A stretch of DNA of 51,901 bases from an uncultured virus (IMG/VR IMGVR_UViG_3300006103_001171) (taxonomy: Duplodnaviria > Heunggongvirae > Uroviricota > Caudoviricetes). Made by a program: the position numbers and the translations under genes. The notes below the pieces were generated by a model. It was not told where the DNA came from and did not search any database. It saw only the letters and a program-made list of their open reading frames with translations. This document shows positions 29,575 to 38,469 of the stretch, piece after piece. The stretch's first letter is position 1; each line of letters opens with the position of its first letter. The stretch lies in IMG/VR virus record IMGVR_UViG_3300006103_001171. One strand, written 5' to 3'.

Positions 29575-30224
29575 CTTTTTATATGTCTATTGTAATAACT
29601 ACACAGTGGTTGAAGATTACTATAATACCATAGTCTAATAAGTGTCTCTTCATCCTCAGCTAAACTTGTTGGAATTATATGGTCAATATCCCAACCATAA
29701 TTTAATTCACCATTGTATAGGCCATAGTTATCCCAATTCATCCATGATTCCCATTTAGATTCAATAAATAATTTAAATTGTTCACTTGAACATCCTAATA
29801 TATCTATAGTTCTATTTTTCTTACTGAAATTATTGGTCTTAAATATTTTTTTTAAATTTGTTCTAATGTTTTCTTTTAATGCGAAAAATCTATCTGAATG
29901 ATATTTCTTTTTTCTTTTGATTGTTTCATTCTTATTAATTTTTTCTTTATTTTGTTTATAATATGTTTTACGTTTCTCTTTAATAATTTCCGAATTTTCT
30001 ATATAATAAACTTTACGCTTCTGGCTAATAGTCTTTTTATTTTCAATATACCTTTTTTTTCTGTATTTGCTTATTTTTTCATCGTTTAAAATCGCTGTTT
30101 TTTTACTTCGTTCTATTGAGCATATTTTACAATCATTACGCCTACCATCAACAGCATCAAGTCTTTTATAAAAGTCGGTTAATGGTTTTTCAGTACCACA
30201 TTTATTACATATTTTTGTTTCCAT
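29556..30224 (-). CDS. HNH homing-type endonuclease
   Basis: CNKC..CKIC; WDIDHIIP...SNLQPLCS. Confidence 0.85.
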   Translation of the reverse strand: METKICNKCGTEKPLTDFYKRLDAVDGRRNDCKICSIERSKKTAILNDEKISKYRKKRYIENKKTISQKRKVYYIENSEIIKEKRKTYYKQNKEKINKNETIKRKKKYHSDRFFALKENIRTNLKKIFKTNNFSKKNRTIDILGCSSEQFKLFIESKWESWMNWDNYGLYNGELNYGWDIDHIIPTSLAEDEETLIRLWYYSNLQPLCSYYNRHIKRNKVNL

Positions 30225-30226
30225 AA

Positions 30227-30394
30227 TTAAAATATTTTATCTATAGTCTTATTTTTTAATAAATCATCATAAATTAATTTCTCAATATATGCAGATTTAT
30301 TTGGTTTAATTTTACCAATTAAGGTATCTAGTTCACGGTTTAATGTTACAGTAACCCGTACTTTTTTTTCTTCAGTTTTTAATTTTTTTCTCAT
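30227..30394 (-). CDS. small ribbon-helix-helix-like protein (55 aa)
   Basis: MRKKLKTEEKKVRVTVTLNRELD...NKSAYIEKLI. Confidence 0.7.
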   Translation of the reverse strand: MRKKLKTEEKKVRVTVTLNRELDTLIGKIKPNKSAYIEKLIYDDLLKNKTIDKIF

Positions 30395-30624
30395 ACTAAT
30401 AAATATCTTGAAATAATAAAAAGTATGAATTTTTATTTGTATCATTAAAATAATTTTCGTACATTTACATAAACACCTTATTTATAAGTAGTCGAAATTA
30501 CTCTATTAAAGTAATTCACTTAAGTATAAAATTTAAAGGAGACTGTAATGGTCTCCTTTTTTTTTAACAAAAATAAATTTGTTGGTATCAAATTAAGTTA
30601 TATATTTGCATTAAATTAAAAAAT

Positions 30625-30828
30625 ATGGAATTTACATTCGCAAACAACAGTCAGACATCAGTTTCTGTTTTTACAGTAGATGCACATTTACCGTTTTGTT
30701 TTTCAGTTAAGCAACAAACCAAAACAAAACGTGGTACTAGAATAAATACAGCTTATTGTGGCTTAGATAAAGAAGCTGCGATAAAATTTGCTAACAAGAT
30801 TCTAGAATTAGCAAAAGAAATTAAATAA
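30625..30828 (+). CDS. hypothetical protein
   Basis: ORF after promoter. Confidence 0.6.
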   Translation: MEFTFANNSQTSVSVFTVDAHLPFCFSVKQQTKTKRGTRINTAYCGLDKEAAIKFANKILELAKEIK

Positions 30829-30846
30829 TCAGTAAAAAAAGTAATA

Positions 30847-31620
30847 ATGAATAAAGTATTTAAGCCATTTGAGTTTATATCAGAAACCACAAAGCGAACT
30901 ATCATGCTTGGGTTTATCGGGTTAGTATTAGGGTTTTGGGTGGTAATGTCGGCAACATCAACAACTCATCTATTTCCCTCAGTTAAGCAAGTATTCGCAG
31001 GATTCTCAGACTTGTATGCTGATGGACTTGTGGTCCATGTATTTAGCTCATTAGGGCTGTTTTTAAAGGCTACACTCATCTCAATCATAGTTTCTCTCAT
31101 TCTTTGTTATTCTGCCCCAATTTCGGCTCTTAGACCCATAGCGGTATTTGTTTCTAAGCTAAGGTATTTACCATTAACAGGTATATCATTTTATATTGCA
31201 ATTTTGGTTCATGAAGCTAGGTCTGTTCAAGTCTGGATTCTAGTTGTGTTTATGACAACATTCCTCACAACTAGTCTTTTACAAATGCTTACTGATATTC
31301 CCGAAGAAGAATTAGACCATGCAAGAACACTTGGTTGCAGCCGATGGGAAATATTACTTGAGGTAGTTATAAAAGGTAGATTAGACTATGTATTTGAAAT
31401 GGTAAGACAAAATTTAGCTATGATTTGGATGCTTCTTGTATCAATTGAGAGTATACTTGCATCAGCTGGTGGTATCGGGTTTCTTATCAAAAATAATGAC
31501 AAGTTAGGTGATAACGGCAAAGTAATTGCTTTGCAAATTATCATAATAGCAATTGGTGTTTTTTTAGATTTCACATTAACAAAACTACGTAAATTAATCT
31601 TCAGATACTCAAATTTTTAA
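30847..31620 (+). CDS. ABC transporter permease (NitT/TauT family)
   Basis: multi-TM; EAA-like loop LDHARTLGCSRW; GGIG. Confidence 0.9.
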   Translation: MNKVFKPFEFISETTKRTIMLGFIGLVLGFWVVMSATSTTHLFPSVKQVFAGFSDLYADGLVVHVFSSLGLFLKATLISIIVSLILCYSAPISALRPIAVFVSKLRYLPLTGISFYIAILVHEARSVQVWILVVFMTTFLTTSLLQMLTDIPEEELDHARTLGCSRWEILLEVVIKGRLDYVFEMVRQNLAMIWMLLVSIESILASAGGIGFLIKNNDKLGDNGKVIALQIIIIAIGVFLDFTLTKLRKLIFRYSNF

Positions 31621-31622
31621 AA

Positions 31623-32462
31623 ATGAATTATACATCAACCGATACAATTTTATACCTTGATAAGGTTAGCGTGGGTTATAAAGATAAAAATGACCACAGC
31701 AAAGTAAATATGATACTTAAAGACGTATCATTGGAAGAAAAAGACATTCACCGTGAAGGTCATTCAGCTACTGGTCAAACAATAGCCTTTATTGGTCGTT
31801 CAGGTCGTGGTAAATCAACACTTTTTAAGGCCTTAACTGGTCTGTTGAAACCTACAAGTGGTAAAGTACTTATCATGGATGGTAACCCTAATATTCATAA
31901 TTCAGCTAAAGAAGTTGCTGAGGGCGATGTTGGATTTGTTGACCAGAAGTATACGCTTTTTCGTCATAAAACTCTCACCCAGATTCTACATTATGCGATG
32001 CGCAAGATAAACAAGACCAAACAAGAAAAGGATGCTATTATTGATAGTTATTTAGCTGATTGGGGTCTTGCTGAACATAAGGATAAGTACCCTTGTGAAC
32101 TATCAGGTGGTCAAAGGCAACGTACAGCGATACTTGAACAGATGCTTACATCTAAGCACTTTATCGTGTTGGATGAACCAGCATCGGGACTTGATGTTTA
32201 CGCAATCGAAAAGATGAAATCGTCATTTAATAAAATTTTATCTGATGATGAATTGAATACTATTATCTTTAGCACTCACGACATTAAATTAGCCGTTGAA
32301 ATGGCTGATAGTATTTATGTAATTGGTCGTCCAGAAGGTGTGGAATACAGTACTATTTTAAGACATTTTGATTTAAAACAAATGGGTATTGCTTGGCAAG
32401 AGTATGGAAATGCTCATAGACAATTAACTCAAGATATTAAAAGTTTATTACTTAATTCTTAA
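31623..32462 (+). CDS. ABC transporter ATPase
   Basis: GRSGRGKST, LSGGQ, VLDEP, STHD. Confidence 0.95.
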   Translation: MNYTSTDTILYLDKVSVGYKDKNDHSKVNMILKDVSLEEKDIHREGHSATGQTIAFIGRSGRGKSTLFKALTGLLKPTSGKVLIMDGNPNIHNSAKEVAEGDVGFVDQKYTLFRHKTLTQILHYAMRKINKTKQEKDAIIDSYLADWGLAEHKDKYPCELSGGQRQRTAILEQMLTSKHFIVLDEPASGLDVYAIEKMKSSFNKILSDDELNTIIFSTHDIKLAVEMADSIYVIGRPEGVEYSTILRHFDLKQMGIAWQEYGNAHRQLTQDIKSLLLNS

Positions 32463-33250
32463 TTATCACGTTTGATATTACGATTGTGATAACTACAAAG
32501 TGGTTGAAGATTGGAGTAATGATTTAATTTAATTACTTCGTCTTCAACTTTTGTTGTTTTAAGAGGTGTAATATGGTCAATATCCCAACCATAGTTTTCA
32601 GTTCCGTTATAAAGTCCATAGTTATCCCAATTCATCCATGGTTCAAATAACCCCTCAAGATGCTGTTTAAACTCTTCAAATGTGCAACCTAATATTTCGT
32701 ATGTCTTAGATTTTTTTGTATAACCACCGTTTTTTATACTAACATTTATTCTATGTCGAATAGCATCTTTAGCTCGATAAAAAGGGTCTTTACGTTTTTC
32801 TATCAGTGATAGTTTTTCACGTTTTCTAACTTTATCCCAGTTATTTTTTCTATACTCTTTTTGTCTAATTTTTATACGTTCTTTATTTGCTTCGTAATAA
32901 GCTTTTAGTTTTTCTTTATTCTTTTGCGTATATTCGAAAGATTTTTGTTTTATCTTATCTTTATTCGCTTCTCGATATTTAAGTTTAATTACTTTACTTT
33001 GTTCTTTAATACGGTCATTATTTTTCTGATACCATTGTTTTTTATATTCTTTTAGTTTATCAGAATTTAATTTAGCGTATTCTTTTTTTGTTACTGCGTA
33101 TTTATCAAAGTTTTTTAAATATTCGGTGTGTTTCTTTTCTTTTTCACAAGACTTACAATAAGACCTTAATTTATTCTTAGTTTTATTGTATATTGTAAAA
33201 CCAGATAATTGAATATCTAATTGGCATATACTACAAACTTTACTTTCCAT
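32459..33250 (-). CDS. HNH homing-type endonuclease
   Basis: CSIC..CKSC; WDIDHITP...HYSNLQPLCS. Confidence 0.85.
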   Translation of the reverse strand: MESKVCSICQLDIQLSGFTIYNKTKNKLRSYCKSCEKEKKHTEYLKNFDKYAVTKKEYAKLNSDKLKEYKKQWYQKNNDRIKEQSKVIKLKYREANKDKIKQKSFEYTQKNKEKLKAYYEANKERIKIRQKEYRKNNWDKVRKREKLSLIEKRKDPFYRAKDAIRHRINVSIKNGGYTKKSKTYEILGCTFEEFKQHLEGLFEPWMNWDNYGLYNGTENYGWDIDHITPLKTTKVEDEVIKLNHYSNLQPLCSYHNRNIKRDN

Positions 33251-33398
33251 CTGACTTAAATTTATTGAAATATTCAACTAATAACCAGTTGATTAGTTTT
33301 GATTTGTTCTCTTGGTTTAATAATTGATAATTTTCCTCAGAAATACTAATACTCAGTTTTTTCTTTTTGTTCTCAGTAGACTTTTGTTTTCTTCCCAT
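33240..33398 (-). CDS. small ribbon-helix-helix-like protein (52 aa, not in ORF track)
   Basis: MGRKQKSTENKKKKLSISISEENY...NKSKLINWLL; overlaps HNH start. Confidence 0.7.
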   Translation of the reverse strand: MGRKQKSTENKKKKLSISISEENYQLLNQENKSKLINWLLVEYFNKFKSDGK

Positions 33399-33425
33399 AA
33401 TTGTGATGTTTATATATAATAAATA

Positions 33426-33587
33426 TCACGAGTTTTCTGAAAAATTCGTATTGTTACGAATTTTATTTTTAAAATGTTCGGTAAGTAATGAATCAATTAG
33501 TTTAGATTTATTAAATTTACCCTCATCTAATTTTTTAAGAATTTCTTGGTCTAAGGCAATGCTAATTTTTTTTGGGTTATTTTTCAT
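33426..33587 (-). CDS. second small RHH-like protein (53 aa, not in ORF track)
   Basis: MKNNPKKISIALDQEILKKLD...NKSKLIDSLL. Confidence 0.65.
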   Translation of the reverse strand: MKNNPKKISIALDQEILKKLDEGKFNKSKLIDSLLTEHFKNKIRNNTNFSENS

Positions 33588-33674
33588 AAAAATAAATATA
33601 ATAAATTATTTGTCTAAGTCAATTAATGTTCGTATATTTGCATCCTAATCAATATTTATATAAAAAAAAAAGAA

Positions 33675-33842
33675 ATGAAAAGAGTTTTATCAGCATTAGC
33701 GTTAGTCGCTTTAGTAACTTTGGCAGCTTGTGGTTCGGGAACCAGCCAAAATGACACAACAAATGACACTTTGTCATCTGTAGGACCTGATACGTCTTAT
33801 GGTATAACAATTGATACTACCAAGTTAGATTCTACTAAGTAG
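33675..33842 (+). CDS. small lipoprotein (55 aa, not in ORF track)
   Basis: MKRVLSALALVALVTLAAC lipobox; several D(S/T)x motifs. Confidence 0.75.
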   Translation: MKRVLSALALVALVTLAACGSGTSQNDTTNDTLSSVGPDTSYGITIDTTKLDSTK

Positions 33843-33925
33843 AGTTAATAAGTGTTTCAAGCTAAGTGAATTACGGGTGTTCTTTTGAACACCCAAAATT
33901 TACACCCGAATTAAAAATTAATGTT

Positions 33926-34360
33926 ATGGATTTATTTGATGATTTATTTAATGATTTTTTTAAGAATCGTAAACCGATTAAAAAAGTTGATGATAAGCCA
34001 TTCATAAGTGAATTAAAAAGTCTTATGAATGCATTAAGTGATTTTAAAACCTTCGACCCAGAAGAAGGTGAAGAAATCCAAAATAAATTGGGTGAACCAG
34101 ATGAGGTTCAAAAATTTGTTGAAAATGACATGCACTTCACCAGATTAATCTGGAATACACCACATGGTAAATTCATTAAGGTTCTTGTTACAAATGACCC
34201 AGATTCTTTTGAATTACCAACATATGATAAGGAACCTAAATCTCTTCAAGAACAACTTGATGAAGCGGTTGAAGCTGAGAATTTTGAATTAGCTATCAAA
34301 TTAAGGGACCAAATCAACGGTACAAAAAAAGTTAAAAGAACTAGGAAAAAAGTTGAATAA
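33926..34360 (+). CDS. UvrB/UvrC-motif protein
   Basis: LDEAVEAENFELAIKLRDQI. Confidence 0.75.
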   Translation: MDLFDDLFNDFFKNRKPIKKVDDKPFISELKSLMNALSDFKTFDPEEGEEIQNKLGEPDEVQKFVENDMHFTRLIWNTPHGKFIKVLVTNDPDSFELPTYDKEPKSLQEQLDEAVEAENFELAIKLRDQINGTKKVKRTRKKVE

Positions 34361-34422
34361 AAATTTGTTAGTTTGAAATAACTAACGTATATTTGCAGAG
34401 TAATTAAAAACAAAGCAAATTT

Positions 34423-34493
34423 GGTTCTATAGCTCAACGGCAGAGCTGGACTCTCTAAAAGTCTTGATGTTGGTTCGATTCCGACTAGAATCA
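34423..34493 (+). tRNA. amber suppressor tRNA (anticodon CTA)
   Basis: full cloverleaf; GGACT-CTCTAAA-AGTCT places CTA at 34455-34457; own promoter. Confidence 0.85.
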
Positions 34494-34541
34494 CACTTTA
34501 CATTTTTTAACAATTATTGTATATTTATAAAAAAAAGAAAT

Positions 34542-34898
34542 ATGACACATTAGGTATCTAACACTGAGAAATTAAGAGTAATCACAAGAAGAGACTTGAG
34601 TTTAGGGTATCAAGCAACAATGGCATGTCATGCTGCAATAGACTTTCAGCACGAACATATAGCTGAGTCGATACAATGGCACAAGTCATCTAATTATTTA
34701 GCCATTTTAACTGTTAAAGACGAACAAGAACTTATTGACTTAATGGTCAAAGTTAGTCTTAGAGGTATTAAGTATACCATTTTCCGTGAACCAGATTTAG
34801 AGAATCAAATTACAGCTGTGGCTTTAGAAGCTACAAATGCTAGTAAAAAAGTAACAAGTTCTTTACCATTACTTGGAAAGGAGGTAAGTTATGTATAA
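34542..34898 (+). CDS. Pth2-like peptidyl-tRNA hydrolase with in-frame TAG at codon 4
   Basis: ATG ACA CAT TAG GTA.. continues in frame as KLRVITRRDLSLG..ACHAA..FREPDL..TAVA; conserved first strand lies upstream of the TTG chosen by the ORF track. Confidence 0.8.
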
Positions 34899-35241
34899 TT
34901 TACTAGAAAACGAAACTTGTAGTTTACAGGGTTGTTTAGCTGATAAAGCTTATGCTATTGTTGATTTATCAACGAAAAGGGTTCATAGAATAAGTTTCAG
35001 CAAATCATTATTAGAGCATATTATAGACACAACCGATAGTCCTTTTGTTGTAAAAGAGGTAACATTTGTTTTAGGTCGAAAATTGTTAAGTGGTGAAACT
35101 AGTTTAACGGGTATATATGCCTTGGTTAAGAGTAAAAATAATTGGACATTACGAATTTCTTTATTTAAAGATATTGCAAACTATCTTTGTGATTTTGAAA
35201 CTAGAAGTCTTAGAGAGTGTATAATAACAAAAATTAATTAA
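34891..35241 (+). CDS. hypothetical protein with internal duplication
   Basis: two YA(I/L)V...RIS units. Confidence 0.65.
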   Translation: MYNLLENETCSLQGCLADKAYAIVDLSTKRVHRISFSKSLLEHIIDTTDSPFVVKEVTFVLGRKLLSGETSLTGIYALVKSKNNWTLRISLFKDIANYLCDFETRSLRECIITKIN

Positions 35242-35245
35242 TAAA

Positions 35246-35453
35246 GCGCCTTTAGTTTAACTGGATAAAATATCCGAGTCGAATCGGAAGTGGTGTTGGC
35301 TTTTTAAGGTTGTGAAAGCTAGATTGAAACGTCAAAGGGAGGTTGCAACAGTACCGATGATTAGTAAACTAGTTAGTAATGGTAAACGGGCTAAAAAACG
35401 TATTTAGTCTCTTAACTGGTCAAACGGTGGGGGTTCGAATCCTTCAGGGTGCT
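35246..35453 (+). ncRNA. tRNA-Arg-like RNA (TCG, 6-nt loop) with 140-nt structured insert in the variable region
   Basis: acceptor GCGCCTT/AGGGTGC, D-loop GGATA, TCCGA-GTCGAA-TCGGA, T-arm GGGGG-TTCGAAT-CCTTC. Confidence 0.7.
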
Positions 35454-35570
35454 CATTAAATAACAAATTAAAAATAGAAAAATATGAGATAGGTAATCAG
35501 GGGTCCAACATGACTTTAAATTTTATAAAAAAAACATCAACAATAACAAAAAAAATAAAATTTAAAGAAA

Positions 35571-35870
35571 ATGAGTAAGATTAGTCACAACCCAACAACA
35601 ATGATAAAGAGCAAGTTCTCTAACGAAGTGCATAAATTAATTTTAGGCCCTAACATGGGTACAAAAACACGTGATAGGTGGCGTTTACCTAAAAAGAAAT
35701 TAACTGATGCTGAAAAGCTTGAGTTGTTTGATAAGATAGTGGAAGCGCATAATTCATGCACAGCTGAGTTAACAGCTTATCAATATGATAGGCGAGAAAA
35801 GAAAAGAATCAAAAAAGCACGTATTGCTCGTGGCTGGGTGCCAAAAGTTAAGACAAAAAAAGTAGCATAA
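35571..35870 (+). CDS. basic hypothetical protein
   Basis: 99 aa, followed by terminator. Confidence 0.7.
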   Translation: MSKISHNPTTMIKSKFSNEVHKLILGPNMGTKTRDRWRLPKKKLTDAEKLELFDKIVEAHNSCTAELTAYQYDRREKKRIKKARIARGWVPKVKTKKVA

Positions 35871-35959
35871 ATTAAAGGGAGAAGAAATTCTCCTTTTTTA
35901 TTTGGTAGTGTTAAGTAAATACCATATATTTGCATTTTATTAAACATAAAATTATACGC

Positions 35960-37930
35960 ATGAAAAATTTACTTACATTGATTTGCTTATTAGTAACATT
36001 TCAATTAATCGCACAAGACACAATTAAGTCAAAGACTCTAGAACCAATACAAATTACTTGTGTTAGGGCTGATAAGAAAATCCCAGTAACACAAAAAACG
36101 CTCTCCGATTCGGCTATTCAAGCGAATTATCAGGGTCAAGAAATACCTATGTTGTTAGGTTCTCAAACATCAATTTACACGAATTGTGATGGTGGTCATA
36201 ACGCTGGTTATAGTTACTTTAGCATCAGGGGTATTGACCAAACAAGAATAAACATAACTCTTAATGGTGTTCCATTGAATGAAGGTGAAGACATGGCTTG
36301 TTATACGTCTAATTATCCAAGTTTTACCAGCGCAATTCAATCTATGCAAATTCAACGTGGTGTGGGTACATCATCTAACGGCGCATCATCCTTCGGTGGC
36401 TCATTGAACTTTCAAAGCAAGGATGGCCTTATTAAGGGTACTGATATTCAAATAGGTGGTGGTTCATTTAATACATCAAGATTTGACATATCCACATCCA
36501 CAGGTTTATCCAAACACAAATTAGCCTTATTCGCTAATATTGGTGGTATACAAACTGATGGCTTTAGAGATAATTCAGGTTGTAAGGGTGGTTCCGCTTT
36601 TGTGAGTCTTGGTTACTTCGGGAAGTCTAGTATTACAAAACTTAACCTATTAACAGGAATATCACAAAACAAACAAGCTTGGATGGGTTCAAGTGATTCA
36701 GCATTAGCAGCTAATTATCGTGATAACCCAAGAGGTGGTGATAATATGGATAATTTCAATCAAACGAATGTTCAATTGCAGAACATAACAATGTTTAATA
36801 CACGGTTTAAATTAACCAGCACTGCGTTTTATAATTACTTAGATGGTCACTATAATGTGTTTAACTTAAAGGATATACCAGTTAATAATTATTTTGCATA
36901 CGAAAGCCAGTATTCACGATGGATTGGTGCGGTAACTCAATTAGATTATAACTATGGTGATTTTAAGGTTACTTCAAGCCTTTCAGCCAGTACTTATACG
37001 AGGTTCCATAATGGTTATGAGATTTACGATACAACACTTACTGAATATCCCTATACTAATAGTGGTAAAAAGAATGATGCAAATGCATTCATAAAGTTTA
37101 GTTATGACACTAAAAGAGTCTTGTATTATATCGACTTACAAGAAAGATTTGTTGATTATAAGTACTCTGGTGATACAAGTGTTTATCAAAGCTGGAAGTT
37201 CTTTAACCCAAAGGCTGGTGTTAAGTTCTTCATAAACAAGAGTTTGGATGTGTATTGGAGCGTAGGTTTATCTCATAGAGAACCAACACACTCAATAATG
37301 CTTAATGGTTGGTTGTACTTAAACTCTTATAATCCGATTACAATAGTTAAGCCTGAGGAAGTAATTGATAATGAAATAGGTGTAAATTACACGTCAAGTA
37401 AACTAAAATTACAAGCTAATGTTTATGTAATGAAATTTACGAATGAAATGATAGCTGCTGGGCCGATGGGTAATAACAGTCTTCCTATTATGATGAATGT
37501 TCCTAATAGTCTAAGATATGGCTTCGAATTTGATTGTACTTATAAAGTAAATAAGTCGTTTACTTATGATATTAATTCAACATTATCTAATGGTCAGTTT
37601 AAAGTTGATAGCGGTACGTATAGCTACTTATTTAATCCAAATTTTATGTTTAAGCATTCGATTAACTATACACATAATAAGTTATTTGTAAGCCTTAATC
37701 AAGCATATATTTCAAGAGTTTACATTGATAAGGCTAATCAATTTACTTTGCCAATATCATCTACAATCGGTTTGAATCTTGGATATACCTTTGGTCGTTA
37801 TCAAGTATCAATTCAGGGTAACAATTTAACAGGTGAGAAGACTTATAGCAATGGTTCAGTTACTGGTGTTAGGTATAGAATACCTAACGCTTTACAAAAT
37901 TACTTCATAACCCTTAAAATACACTTATGA
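35960..37930 (+). CDS. TonB-dependent receptor
   Basis: signal peptide, plug SIRG..TRINITLNGVPLN, QIQRG..GG, barrel strands. Confidence 0.9.
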   Translation: MKNLLTLICLLVTFQLIAQDTIKSKTLEPIQITCVRADKKIPVTQKTLSDSAIQANYQGQEIPMLLGSQTSIYTNCDGGHNAGYSYFSIRGIDQTRINITLNGVPLNEGEDMACYTSNYPSFTSAIQSMQIQRGVGTSSNGASSFGGSLNFQSKDGLIKGTDIQIGGGSFNTSRFDISTSTGLSKHKLALFANIGGIQTDGFRDNSGCKGGSAFVSLGYFGKSSITKLNLLTGISQNKQAWMGSSDSALAANYRDNPRGGDNMDNFNQTNVQLQNITMFNTRFKLTSTAFYNYLDGHYNVFNLKDIPVNNYFAYESQYSRWIGAVTQLDYNYGDFKVTSSLSASTYTRFHNGYEIYDTTLTEYPYTNSGKKNDANAFIKFSYDTKRVLYYIDLQERFVDYKYSGDTSVYQSWKFFNPKAGVKFFINKSLDVYWSVGLSHREPTHSIMLNGWLYLNSYNPITIVKPEEVIDNEIGVNYTSSKLKLQANVYVMKFTNEMIAAGPMGNNSLPIMMNVPNSLRYGFEFDCTYKVNKSFTYDINSTLSNGQFKVDSGTYSYLFNPNFMFKHSINYTHNKLFVSLNQAYISRVYIDKANQFTLPISSTIGLNLGYTFGRYQVSIQGNNLTGEKTYSNGSVTGVRYRIPNALQNYFITLKIHL

Positions 37931-38469
37931 TAGAGTTTATTGGTGCTTTATTCACGCTTTTATCAGCATATTATACTGTAAAAGAAAAGGTCATTTGTTG
38001 GCCGTTAGCGATAGCATCAACGATTATCTACATATATTTACTATATATTGAGAAATTGTATGGTCAGGTATTTGTCGATATATTAACGTTATTTCAATGC
38101 GCTTACGGTTGGTATTATTGGGATAAAACTGATAATAAGCAGCCTGAAAGACTTAAACCCATTAAGTTTGTTAGAGATATATTTCTTTTAGTTCTAATAT
38201 CTAGTATTACAATATACTACATAAGAACATATACTAATAATCCACAACCAGTATCGGATATTACGTCAACATACTTAGCACTTTTAGCTAATTGGTATTT
38301 AGCTAAGAAGTTTATTGATGGGTTTTATGTTTGGGTTATAGCCGATATAATACTAGCGTATATGTTTTATTATCAACATATGTATTGGTCAATGGGTTTA
38401 TTTATTATTTTAATAGGGTTCGCCCTTCAAGGTCAATTCGCATGGCAAAAGAGTTTAAAAACGGACTAG
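37927..38469 (+). CDS. pnuC: nicotinamide riboside transporter
   Basis: multi-TM; WP, YGWYYW, W...D motifs. Confidence 0.88.
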   Translation: MIEFIGALFTLLSAYYTVKEKVICWPLAIASTIIYIYLLYIEKLYGQVFVDILTLFQCAYGWYYWDKTDNKQPERLKPIKFVRDIFLLVLISSITIYYIRTYTNNPQPVSDITSTYLALLANWYLAKKFIDGFYVWVIADIILAYMFYYQHMYWSMGLFIILIGFALQGQFAWQKSLKTD

